From Elsinoe ampelina (lineage: Eukaryota): a stretch of 20,000 nt of DNA. Shown here piece by piece: positions 8,797-19,070 of this stretch. How positions within the stretch are numbered: the first letter of the stretch is position 1; each line of letters opens with the position of its first letter. The notes beneath the pieces were generated by a model, which had not been told where the DNA came from, did no database searches, and saw only the letters and a program-made list of their open reading frames with translations. The translations under genes were made by a program, and so were the position numbers. The DNA is taken from the NCBI GenBank assembly GCA_010093995.1, contig ML992505.1:724718-744717 (forward strand). The letters are read 5' to 3'.

Positions 8797-10533
8797 TCAT
8801 AAATTCAGACCACCCTCATAAACGATCCTGCTTTCCCCTCCATCGCTATACGGAAATCTGGGTTGAAGCGACCCAACTTCCATTCCCGCTCTTGTTCCGG
8901 CTGCCCTGTACACGGTCCTCGCGACGTTTCGCATTCTCCACTTCCATGTATCATCACACCTGTCTCTCAGATCGATGACAAAAGCCAGATCGTCAGAGAC
9001 ATTCATGTCGGCAGTGTCGACGACCAACTTCGATTGGCGACTCCACATGAATGACCACACGTCTCCCTCAGGACTGATCTCGATCGAAGGGTCGTCAAAA
9101 AGCATGATCCATTGACTGTCGCCTTTCTTCGACACGAAGGTCACAAACAATCGTCTGCGTATCGCATTTTCCGCCACGATATGGAAGCTCAATGGGCTCA
9201 TAACAAAAGGACATTCTCCCGGCGAGTTCGCCGCAAAGTACCTTCCCTTTCTGTTCGCCACATCGAGATTCTCGACCATGGTCTTATGGATCGTTACGAT
9301 GTCGGAATTGACCAGATTGAACACTCGATCGTAAAGTTTGACGTCGATGAAGAAGCCGGATATCGTCCTGGGTATCGACATGGTGACGAGTTGAACCCAG
9401 CAAGACCGACAAAGATTGGTCCAGCTTGAAGTGTCGCGGCCGGCACGAAAGATCACCAGGTATCTCCGCCAGTCTTTCGGATTTTTGAAGACAGCAAATT
9501 CCTGCAAAGCTATAAGGCACGAAATGCAGGCCAGCAAAGTTGTTGCGCTGTCGTCGATGTACAGATTGAGAATCAATTGGTAGAGTGTTTGGAAGCGCTT
9601 GATATCATCGGATGCGTCAGTCCAGATGATGGTATGCTTCCTATGTCCGATCCGCTGGATCCTCTCAATCCCCAGTCCGACTCTCTCGTGATGAGCCGGC
9701 GCAGTACCCTTCATCAGCATCGAGCACATGCCCATGATGACTGTGCCATAAGTGCATCTCTCCGGCATGCTCTTGAATGGCGATCTGCCTGTAGCCACCA
9801 TCCGACGCCAGTATCCACTCGCAGCGGCAGTCGACACCTCAGCTTCCTCAAAGGTGCCGTAGTAGGTCGGTGTGAATTGACGCTTATCGCCAGCGCTGCT
9901 GAGATACTGCACAACGTCGGAGCCGAGGTAAGGATGCTTGTGTAGCAAGACTCCGAAACTATCCTCGAGAATGAGACAAATCCAGTATGGAGCCAGCAGA
10001 TCGAATAAAACCCTACGCAATATCCTAGCAGCCTCATCCGGGAGCTGATATGCCACGTCGATGGCTTCGAAGATACCTGCGTCTGACATTGAGGTCCCAG
10101 GTCTAGCCCATGCGGTCCAATCGCTAGTCACTGGCCAACTCACGCTCGACCACTCGAGCGCACGAATAGCAGCTTCTTTCGCTCCTTCAACGTCGTATTT
10201 ATCGGCAGCTTGGAACAATTTCACAATCTTGAGCACTGTCGGAAGTGCCTCCAGGATATCGACCATGCGAAATCTCTCGCCATAGAGCATACGGAGCATG
10301 ACGTCGAGCGAATCAGGATCGTCATCTCCATCGCCACCGATTCCTGTCATGGTCAGACTGTGTTACCATCGACCAAGGGTCCTTGGTACCTTGAATCCAG
10401 AAGTGAAAAGCCTCTTGAAGTATCCAGACCTTCTGTGCAGCAATATACGATGAGCTCGACGCTTCCTTCCTGAGAAATGCAGCGTGAAGTCTGCAAACAG
10501 CTCATCATCGAGCCGGAAGAGAGCGACAGGCAT
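8797..10533 (-). pseudogene. BTB/POZ protein with an uncharacterised C-terminal domain; frameshifted just after the intron
   Basis: Exon 1 10390-10533 encodes MPVALFRLDDELFADFTLHFSGRKRRAHRILLHRRSGYFKRLFTSGFK. A 46-nt intron follows (10344-10389), then ESVAMEMT. The rest of the BTB fold (DDDPDSLDVMLRMLY...LFQAADKYDV) and an intact ORF to 8797 are in a different frame, and the spliced frame stops at 10221-10223. Confidence 0.7.
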
Positions 10534-11125
10534 GCTTGTGAATGGTGTGAGAAGCAGAAGTCCAACGGGTCGGCAAGCGAAGTGGAATGGTTTGGTGGGA
10601 GTGATTACGCCTTTCACGAATACTCGGTCACGTGATGTTCACATGTTTCAATATGCACGGTTTTCGGGCGCACATCTTTGTCTTTTCTAAGCAGCTCGAC
10701 ATTATCCAGGTTGTCGGATCCCTAAGCCGCCACCCTTTCTCAAATCCTTTTGACTGAAATACACCGAGATCGTGTACATCTCATCAACTGAAACCACTTC
10801 AAGACCGAGCAGTCTGAAAAACTTGACATCATCACAAAGGACACCATGTCCCACGACTGTGCAATCACGGGCCCCGGCTGGAACGCGATGTCATGCATGC
10901 GATGACGAGAAAGAGGAAGAGGATTCGAAGCATGCATTGTCTATATAGCCAGAGATGGCTCTCGATCATCAGATCAACAGTAAAGAAAAAAGCGACTCAA
11001 GGTCACTGCCCGAATCTTTTGGGGTCCCAAACGCCTCTGTCACCTGTCCGTCCAACCCGATATTTAGGCATTGAAACACTCCCTCCGCACCACGACTCGC
11101 ACCACATGCTCCGATCCCCGCCAAC

Positions 11126-12385
11126 TCAATCTTCGATCTCCGCACACAGCTCCGGGAACATCTCGGCGATAGGGCTGATCGGCTTGCCGTGGTAGTTCTT
11201 GGAGGTATCAACGGTGAGGCTGTATTCCGGAGACCAGGTCAGAGTCCAGAGAACACCATCCTTCGACAGCTTAGGCGGCTCAATCAATGCGACGAACTCG
11301 GTGCTGTTATAGCCGTCTGAGCCGACCAGGGTGATGGTGCTGTGGCCGCTCTTGACGATGTGGTAGTGGGTGACTCCATCGGGGGCGGCGTGGAACTGAT
11401 AGAACTTGTTGCGGTCCTCGGCAGGGATGATATCACCGTACCTGATCATGTCGGAGTAGATGCTGTGAACCCCGAGGCCTTCATCCTCCTCCGGCTCCTC
11501 CAGAATCTCACATATCTCTGGCCCAAGCAGATCGTGCGCGGTATCCTGGTCGACGGTGGTGAAGACGAGCTTGGCCCAGCATGCCTTGGAGAAGGGATCA
11601 AGATCATCGTAGGTCTCTCCGTCGAGCATGGCAACAAGATAGTCGCACCAGAGGCTTTTGTTCTCGAACGGGACAGACAGATGGAGGGTGAGTGCAAGAT
11701 TGGTGCAGAGCCAGAAGATGAGACAGTCGTCGGCCTTGCTCATCTGGAGGGCGAGTTGATATGCAAGATGGACCTTGCCCATGCTCCTCATACGAGGCAC
11801 CCAACCCGAACGACGGACCTGATCCGGCGTGAGGCTCTCGGCAAGGCTTGCGAGCTCGCGGACAATGGTATCGAAGCGGCGGTTATCCTTGTCGAAGCAG
11901 TCGACGCTGGCAGTAAGGACATTGAGCATGGCTACAGTACCAACATAGGCGGCATTTGCAGTGGGGAAGACCGGCGCTGAGAAAACGTTCTCCTTCTTCG
12001 CAGACTCCAGACCGATGAACTTGATGGCTAGGACCTGAGCATTGCGACCTCCGAGTGTGCGACGGAGCTTGGCGTCAGTGGTGTTAAAGGGAAAGGCCGA
12101 TAGCAGAGGGGCCAAGTCGGCATCGAAAAGGTTGACGTCGGAGCGTGTACGCACGTTCGCGTGGTGGCGAGTGGTGTCGATGAGAAGCGGCAGCCACTGC
12201 TGAGGCTTGCAGTGATCCTCTTCGTCTGCACTATCGGGTGCGGGAATCTGACGTTTGAGCTGTGCGACTTGAACCTCATACTCAGCCTGTTGATGATCAA
12301 GCTGCTTCGCACGATCCTCGGCGATACGCTGGTAGGTATGAGAGCGGATCTCTGAAGCCTTGAGCTGCTCTCCGAGGTCCTCCAT
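11126..12385 (-). CDS. Hypothetical protein (419 aa) with an N-terminal coiled coil and an uncharacterised domain paralogous to the C-terminus of the adjacent BTB gene
   Basis: Long intronless ORF (open from 12541). The ATG at 12385 has a strong context (CACCATGG). N-terminal heptads MEDLGEQLKASE...QLDHQQAEYEVQVAQLKRQ. Motif-level alignment with the 8797-10350 ORF. Confidence 0.8.
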   Translation of the reverse strand: MEDLGEQLKASEIRSHTYQRIAEDRAKQLDHQQAEYEVQVAQLKRQIPAPDSADEEDHCKPQQWLPLLIDTTRHHANVRTRSDVNLFDADLAPLLSAFPFNTTDAKLRRTLGGRNAQVLAIKFIGLESAKKENVFSAPVFPTANAAYVGTVAMLNVLTASVDCFDKDNRRFDTIVRELASLAESLTPDQVRRSGWVPRMRSMGKVHLAYQLALQMSKADDCLIFWLCTNLALTLHLSVPFENKSLWCDYLVAMLDGETYDDLDPFSKACWAKLVFTTVDQDTAHDLLGPEICEILEEPEEDEGLGVHSIYSDMIRYGDIIPAEDRNKFYQFHAAPDGVTHYHIVKSGHSTITLVGSDGYNSTEFVALIEPPKLSKDGVLWTLTWSPEYSLTVDTSKNYHGKPISPIAEMFPELCAEIED

Positions 12386-12727
12386 GGTGATGTGCTTCTC
12401 GTGGGACACCGGAAGGTGAACCATGACAAGCGTGAAAGGAATTGTGGTGTGACAAGGGAAGAGAGAAATTTGCAGATGGCGAATTTTTATAGGTGTGGCT
12501 TCCAAGATCGGTCGATCAAGAGGTCCAAAGTGATCGGTCATGTGGCTCGTTGTGATGTGGTCGGTCGTCTGCTTGCAATCGCCACCCAGCTTGCCGGCTC
12601 CTAGACGCGGACCACTAACACTAGCGCTGAGAGTCCGTTTGTTACTTCGGTTTCGTGATCGATCCAGCTCTCCATGATTCCACGCCTTCCCTCCTACATC
12701 AACTTACCACTTCTGCAAATTCACAGC

Positions 12728-13537
12728 ATGGCACAGCCGCAGCTGGACTTCGACGCAAAGTCGTCGCTCGACAACCCGCTCTTCTGGGACGCTGTTATCC
12801 TGACGGCCAATAAGTCCTTTCACGTCCACAAGGTTACCGTCTCAAATCACAGCGCAGTCATGAGAAAGGCCTTCTCCTCTTCTTTCAAGGTATGACACGG
12901 TCTCCTTGAATGCCAATAGCCATTAACACTTGTATAGGAAGGCGAGACCAGCGAAATGGACTTGACCGATGAGGATCCAATGATTGTCGCCATGGCTCTC
13001 AAGCACATGTACGATGAGGAGAGTGGCATCAAGGACTTGGGGTTCCTGGATCTTACCAAGCTCTTCCATTTCGCGCACAGTCAGATGATGCCATCACTCT
13101 GCAGTGTCGCCCTCGACCACCTCACCAGCGGCAAGTTCCAGATCTCAGACCCCACCACAGCCGCCGACTTGTTCACAGCGCTGGCAGATGTGTACGGCAG
13201 TATCGACAGTCTCATCGACGCTCTAGCCGCCCCTCTCCTCGGACTCGTCAGCAAGGATCTGCCCAGTCTCTTCAGGAGCGAGCCCCTCAGGGGTTTCATT
13301 CTCGATCACCCGGCCGCATCGACCATCGTGGGAGACCAGGTCGAGTTCGGTGCAGAGATTATACCACTGGGCCGCTGTCCTCATTGCAAAGTCATCGCCT
13401 GGTGTTGTTTCGAGCCGCTAAGGGATAATTGTTACTGTAGACACTGCAAGAGGTACAGCCACGCCAAAATCATTGACGTACGCAAGTATGTCATCGCCGA
13501 CTACAGCAGAGATGTAAAGACCGGGAAGCGCAGCTGA
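12728..13537 (+). CDS. BTB/POZ-domain protein with a Cys-rich C-terminus, 253 aa
   Basis: Exon 1 12728-12889 (FWDAVILTANKSFHVHKVTVSNHSAVMRKAFSSSFK), intron 12890-12937 (GTATGA...TTAAC...TAG), exon 2 12938-13537 (EGETSEMDLTDEDPMIVAMALKHMY...). The C-terminus contains CPHC...CC...CYCRHC. Confidence 0.85.
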
Positions 13538-13972
13538 TTGTCAATCGATCCAGGGACAGCGCACTTGGAATGACCTGGCCAAGTGGCGGTTCTATACAAC
13601 GTTGACAGGTTCTGCTTGGACAACCGAGATAGCATGAATCAGAATGAATGAAAGGCACAATTAAAATCAAGCACTACCGTCACTGACCATGACAGCCTGA
13701 TGACACCACCGGGGCAGATGATAGAGTCAAGTATCCGAAGTCCTCAGTCGTCCCGTTTCCAACGCCCAAGCTCCCATCTCACGCTAATCCCAATGCACCC
13801 TAGCTCTCGACCATCCCAAAACAGAGCCTCAATCCCCACATCCCGCTCCTCCCGAAGCCGCCCACCCTCCAAGCTCCAAGCTCCTGAAAATCCCGCCGCC
13901 GAACACCCCCCCGAGGCGCCCTTAGCTATGCCTTCTCCCCGAGGATCCCGACGGCCGGCCCATCTCACGGGC

Positions 13973-14305
13973 GGGGAATGCTATTCACCCCACCAATTTT
14001 TGCTAGATACCCCCCACCAAGGCGCTACGACGCGGGAGTAGCCCGTAGCCTGAAACCTTAATCCACCCTTACAAAATACGTAGAATCTACTACTCTATAA
14101 GGTCTAAATTCTTATAGAAAAGACGTGTGCTCTTACTCGCTACGCTCGTGCGAGCCGGATACATCTTTAGCTAGGTCGCTCGCCGCTAGGCAGGTGTTAA
14201 GTAGATACCGTGAGTAGGGGCACGTTAAATAAGCTCAGCCTCCCGCGTACTAGCGCCTTGGTGGGGGGTATCTAGCAAAATTCGGTGGGGTGAATAGCAT
14301 TCCCC
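13973..14305. mobile_element. Non-autonomous Mutator-like DNA transposon (MITE), 333 bp
   Basis: 66-bp terminal inverted repeats at 13973-14038 and 14240-14305 (GGGGAATGCTATTCACCCCACC..., 62/66 matches). Exact 9-bp target-site duplication CTCACGGGC at 13964-13972 and 14306-14314. No internal ORF, and the interior is TpA-rich. Confidence 0.9.
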
Positions 14306-14485
14306 CTCACGGGCCTGCTTCACGGTCACATCCACAATTCTTGGGCGCGCGCCATTCAAATCAGGTCTAGCTCATCCGCGTTAGGGAACCACGTCACTCC
14401 TCAGACTCTCAGAGTGTGCGGCGCCGATCCTCGGGAGGGTACATAGTTGCTTTGTTTTGTCAGGCGTCACGTTGCGGATGTCATG

Positions 14486-14773
14486 TCATTTGGGGCCGGA
14501 TGTTTGGGGCAGGTCCCGGTTCGGGGCGAGGTGTAACTTGTTCCTCCAAGATCTTTCTGTGCCTGGTTCGTGTGGTGTTTTCCGTTGTTTTGCAAGGAAG
14601 AGGCGGTTGGCTGATGACTGGCGTTGAGCAGTGGTGTGACAGCTGCCATCTTCTCCTCGAGCTTGTCGGACGGCGTCATCGTTCTGCTCCTCCTCTCCCC
14701 GCTGCGGAATGCAGCTGCTTTGCGAGCTCCGTCGCTCTCCCGCGTAGTTTGGTAGCTGCTTTTTTGGTTCCAT
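14486..14773 (-). CDS. Possible small hydrophilic orphan protein (95 aa)
   Basis: ATG in a strong context (GCCATGG) at 14773 gives MEPKKQLPNYAGERRSSQSS... No recognisable domain, and overlapping frames are also open. Confidence 0.2.
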   Translation of the reverse strand: MEPKKQLPNYAGERRSSQSSCIPQRGEEEQNDDAVRQARGEDGSCHTTAQRQSSANRLFLAKQRKTPHEPGTERSWRNKLHLAPNRDLPQTSGPK

Positions 14774-14926
14774 GGCTGGGCTGGACCTGTGGTTGTGTGA
14801 GAGGGAGACGATGATGCGTGCGCCCTGGGCGGTTGATGGTTCGTCCGGCTGAGCGTCATGCATTACGCCTCTGGATCAACCCCCAAGTGGTTTCCGGCCT
14901 TTGCCCTAATTCTCCTCTCCCTGATT

Positions 14927-14964
14927 GATCTGCCTCCTGATGATCATGGATCAGCCTCCTGATG
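14927..14964 (+). repeat. Short tandem duplication (22-bp period)
   Basis: GATCTGCCTCCTGATG (14927-14942) and GATCAGCCTCCTGATG (14949-14964). Confidence 0.55.
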
Positions 14965-15564
14965 CATTGCACTCTTCGTATGCTAGGCAATCACTATATT
15001 GCCCGATCTATTCCTGTCCGTAAATGACATTTCCGGGCGCGACTTTGCTCTCGGCGCGTTCATCATTTCAAAAGTCTGTCACGTTTGACAAACCCAATTG
15101 CAAACAGGGCAGAGCGACCTCGGACGGTGCATGAGTCGCGCTGCGCCGAGTATTTGACCGTCACTGGATTGGTTGATGGATGCCCGAAAAGGATGATTGA
15201 TTGATGTGAGGCAGTTCATTTAGGGGCCCAGATCACGAGCAGGTCAAAGTCAAGTGTGTCAATGTTGTATCTTTAGTCACTATCCACTAACATATTGGGT
15301 ATTCGTAAGCTTTGAATCGAGCCAGCGACCTGATCATGCCCTGGTTTTTCCTTCCCTAGTGCGTCAATTGGGGACAGTAGCGATCCCTCCCATTCTCAGC
15401 CCATGCCGCGCGAGACCAGCACTGATCTTAGTGAGCGGGCTAATGATACAGTCTTTTAGGGCGGAGCCCATGAAAAATGAAAAACCCATCCCCATATCCG
15501 TCATAAGATGCCATGCCCTAAATCGTCGTGAAGAAAAGACCTTAGTCTGGTGCAAGTGCGCCGA

Positions 15565-17134
15565 TCACATGAAATGCATGCCACCCATGCTTGTGGGTGA
15601 AGTGTTGATGCCCGAATGAGGTAGACCCATGCCCGGCATGCTCGATGGTCCACTCATACTTGGATGACGGTAGTCCATGGCGGTCTGCTGAACCGAGTGC
15701 ATTGGCTTCTGGACTGTTGTTGCCGACGCCGAATTCTGCCTCTCCCGACGGTTGTTGACCTTGTTCATGCGACGGACACGGCGGGAGCGCAACTTGGGGT
15801 CCTGATTGGAGTTGCGCCAGCTGTCGACTGCTCGCTGGATGAGGCCGCGCTTCTCCTGCAAGACAGGATTGAGCTTGGCCAGAGCCCAGCCGACTGCATT
15901 ACATTCCGTCTCATACTGCAGGCGGTTCCCTTTGTAATCTCCCTTCTGGACGTAGGCGCGGGGGTAGACGCAGTTGGCGGACTTGAACTCGTCGTTGAGG
16001 CGCTCGGTGTCGATGGATTCTACATCGCAGCGGATGGTGTATTCCTGCTTGACCCTATCGCGGGAGTATTCAAAGGCGATCCATTGGACTCCTGATTGGT
16101 CCTGCTTGACGACGAGGGGAGTGGTAGCCGGGATAGGTCCTGGAGCTGCCGCAGTTGAGCCTTCCGTCTTTGGAACTGGCTCTGCTCCAAGCTGGGGTGG
16201 TCGTCTGGGTAGTGATCCTTGCTGTGAGTCGACCGGCGAGGGTTCCGTCTTCATGCGGGGAATGGAGTCAAGGTTGGTGAGAGGAGGTGGAGCTGAAGCG
16301 GGGGCGGAGTGTGATGGAGTGAGGCTGTGTGATGGCATCTGACTTGGCATCATCATACCGGATGGATGACCAGGATAGGCGGGCATGTTGGCAGAGTACT
16401 GTGGTTGAACGTAGGCGGGATAGTAGGACATGTTTTGAGGTACCGAGTAGTTGTAGTATGCCGTCCGCGATTGCATATCGGGATGCATTGGTTGAGAGAA
16501 GGATCCATGATAGCCAGCCATGGCTGGGAAAGCCTGGCGATTTGACAACGTCTGCACCGCCATCTGATCGTCTGTACATGTCAGTAATGACTTTGCACCA
16601 GAGTGGGTACCAACCTGAAGACGTTCGTGGATAAGCCTGACCCGCAATGTAATTCCTTTCTGTCTTGATGGGAGGTTCTTGTATCGACGACCGGCGCGAG
16701 CTTGAAGGTATGGCAGGAGTGAATGAACTCGTGGTGACTGCTGGTACAGGCTGGTGAAGCCGTGGTATGTCTTGAGGTACTTGAGGAGGAGGAGGAGGAG
16801 GATGATGATTTGGGAATTGCGGCTGATAATGTTGCGGACCAGTTTGATTCAATCTATGATGCTGGCGGGCAAACGTATTAGCGTGGGTGATCAGTAGTAA
16901 AAGGGTGTGGACGAAAAGGTAGGAAGGTCGACGGTAGATATGTCAGGGACAGTGATATGCCGCTTGTATCAGTATAGCAAAGCTTGGGTTGGGGGGGGAT
17001 ATGCCGGAAGCTTGGTTAGGCCATGGTAGTGGCACTAGATGCAGATGCGGGTCGTGATCCGAGCGGGACAGACAGTGGGAACAGGACAGGGCCAAAAAAG
17101 CAATGGCGACAGGGATATGGGACAAACGTACCAT
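15565..17134 (-). CDS. Conserved fungal uncharacterised protein, probable nuclear regulator (P/Q/S-rich N-terminus, conserved basic C-terminal domain), ~418 aa
   Basis: Exons 17134-17132 (ATG), 16861-16615 and 16571-15565. Introns 16862-17131 (GTACGT...GCTAAT...CAG) and 16572-16614 (GTTGGT...CTGAC...CAG) join two ORF-track frames. It carries a block I recognise as conserved in filamentous fungi: GPIPATTPLVV...GVQWIAFEYSRDRVK.EYTIRCDVES...NCVYPRA...YETECN.VGWALA.LN...KRGLIQRAVDSWRNSNQDP.LRSRRVRR. Confidence 0.88.
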
Positions 17135-18482
17135 GTAGGGCCCGTCTGCAGTACTCCAGGTACGAGTCGTCGTTTGGATGGAGGCTGCCACGAGACAGCG
17201 GAACGGGTTCGCATTGAAAAGGGATCATCGAGGCGGCGCACAGGAGCCGGGCATGCCTTATAGATTTGGGACATGTAGTGGACAGTAGTGCGCGTCTCGT
17301 GCATGGCATGACCGGGGACAGGTCGATGTCTGCAAGAGCTCACGGCCCGCACATTGATCGACTTGGGCTGGGTCCATCGTGCCTTTCCTCAGGCTCACGA
17401 GGGCCCGGACACGCAAGAGAGGCTGAGTAGAGGGTGGTCTTGTCATCGAACCAGTAAACTTGGTTCTGTATCGGGAGCGCCAAAGAGTGGACCCTTTTTT
17501 GTTAGTTGACAGCAATGTGGCGCAAGGCTTTTTAGGCTTTTTGTTGGTGAAACAGCCAGATCTGCTGCTTGAACTGCTTCTGCTGAAAAGTCCTCCTCCC
17601 AGCAATAATCCGTAGTGTCGTGTCAATCCAACCTTGTTTCGACAAGACTACTGCAGACTAGAGCGGCTTATCGCGCGGGGAATGAAAGAGGGAACTGTAG
17701 CGTCTTTTTTTGTTCTGGTGTTTGACATAGCAGAGTCTACAGATCGACAAACCATCCGCGGGCAGACGTAGAGATCGACGTCCCTTTACTTCTTGTCAAG
17801 TCGGGTTGCATCCGACTAGAGGTAGTTACACACTTGTCTCACCTACAAGAATGACAGCTCAACGTCTATCCCAGTTTTCTGTTGACATGTGCCCAATCTA
17901 GCTGGCCACATTTTCCGCGACACACAAGACCACAAAAAGTGGGGGTCAAATCGAGGGATCGACCTTGCTGTCATGCTCCATAAGGCTTTGTCGATCTCTG
18001 TTCGCAGGAACTACTGCACTCGAAGCAGCTCCCACTGACCGAAAACACGGGATGCCCACTTGAGATGCGCTTATTCAGACAGGACTAGCAGAGTTTTCAC
18101 TTGATCAAAGCAACGTCATGTTTATAGAATGTGATGCCGAGAGATTGCCAATGCGGTAGTTATCCTTATCCTTCATGTGACAGGGGAAGTACCCAGGGTA
18201 GACATGAACTTGTGCAGATACACTCACTGTAACTTAACTTGGGTTGTGAGTGAAAACGGCAGACGGGAAATGAGTGCACGACATGTCCGAGATTTGTGCG
18301 CGCCCAACGGAGAAGCAGAATTGAGACTGGACACTACTGCATGTCGTCGAGTGGATTGTGGGACAAAAACGGGGACAGATCAAGATCGAGACTCGCCAGA
18401 TGGCTTGGATGCCTGGGTGATGGCTTCTGACTGACTTTTGGGTCGCTGGATCCTTCCCATATCTGTAGCTCGCTGCACCTGC

Positions 18483-18502
18483 TGCATGCATGCATGCATG
18501 CA
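18483..18502. repeat. (TGCA)5 self-complementary microsatellite
   Basis: TGCATGCATGCATGCATGCA read directly from the sequence. Confidence 0.85.
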
Positions 18503-18548
18503 TCTGCATTCTTTGGTTCAACGGGCGTTTGGGCAATTGAACCCGACA

Positions 18549-18583
18549 GAGCCGTCAAGCCCGTTGAGCCCGTCGAGCCCGCC
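18549..18583 (+). repeat. Imperfect 9-bp tandem repeat
   Basis: GAGCCGTC-AAGCCCGTT-GAGCCCGTC-GAGCCCGCC. Confidence 0.65.
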
Positions 18584-19070
18584 GACGCCATCATCAAGCC
18601 CCCGTCAACGCCCGTTTTCCTCGTGAAACATGCAAGACGCACACGTTGCTTTTCTAAGCTGCTTGGAGACACGGTAATTTCTCTCAAACACAGCCGATGC
18701 AATCTACGGACACATGCATTCTCTACTATGAATAGGCTGCTTTTGGTTGTGGCAGAGACTATCACGACCCGACTGGTGGCAAGAGCCGCACTTGATACTA
18801 CTGATCGTCTCTTTCAGGCCTGGACCATGTTTCCCCTCACCGTCAGAAACTCAAAAAAAAAACCCCCCCTCACTTTTTGGAGCTCACTTAGCTCAGTATT
18901 CAAACAAGTCACTTTTGTCCCACCACGGAGGCACAACGGAAATGAAATCTCAATCATGACGACGCTCTCGGCTGTCAAATTTTTCACGTCGGTAGGTACA
19001 GTCGTTTTGAGTTCAACCGAGCCACCCCGGGCTTGGCGTGTTGTACTCTGCGTCGACCTCTCGTTATCAA

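Noticed and set aside
11003..11128. Idea that the TGA at 11126-11128 is a premature stop (it aligns with a Trp in the paralog)
   Set aside because: The 40 codons after the stop show no similarity to the paralog's tail.
13683..13695. CTGACCATGACAG identical to the 3' end of the BTB intron at 10344-10356 (-)
   Set aside because: The match is only 13 bp with no flanking similarity, so it is probably chance.
13700..14450. Gene interrupted by the MITE
   Set aside because: Removing the element and one TSD does not restore a long ORF in the minus-strand frames I checked, and the track ORFs here are low-complexity.
16784..16801. (GGA)n repeat
   Set aside because: It simply encodes the poly-proline tract of the 15565-17134 gene.
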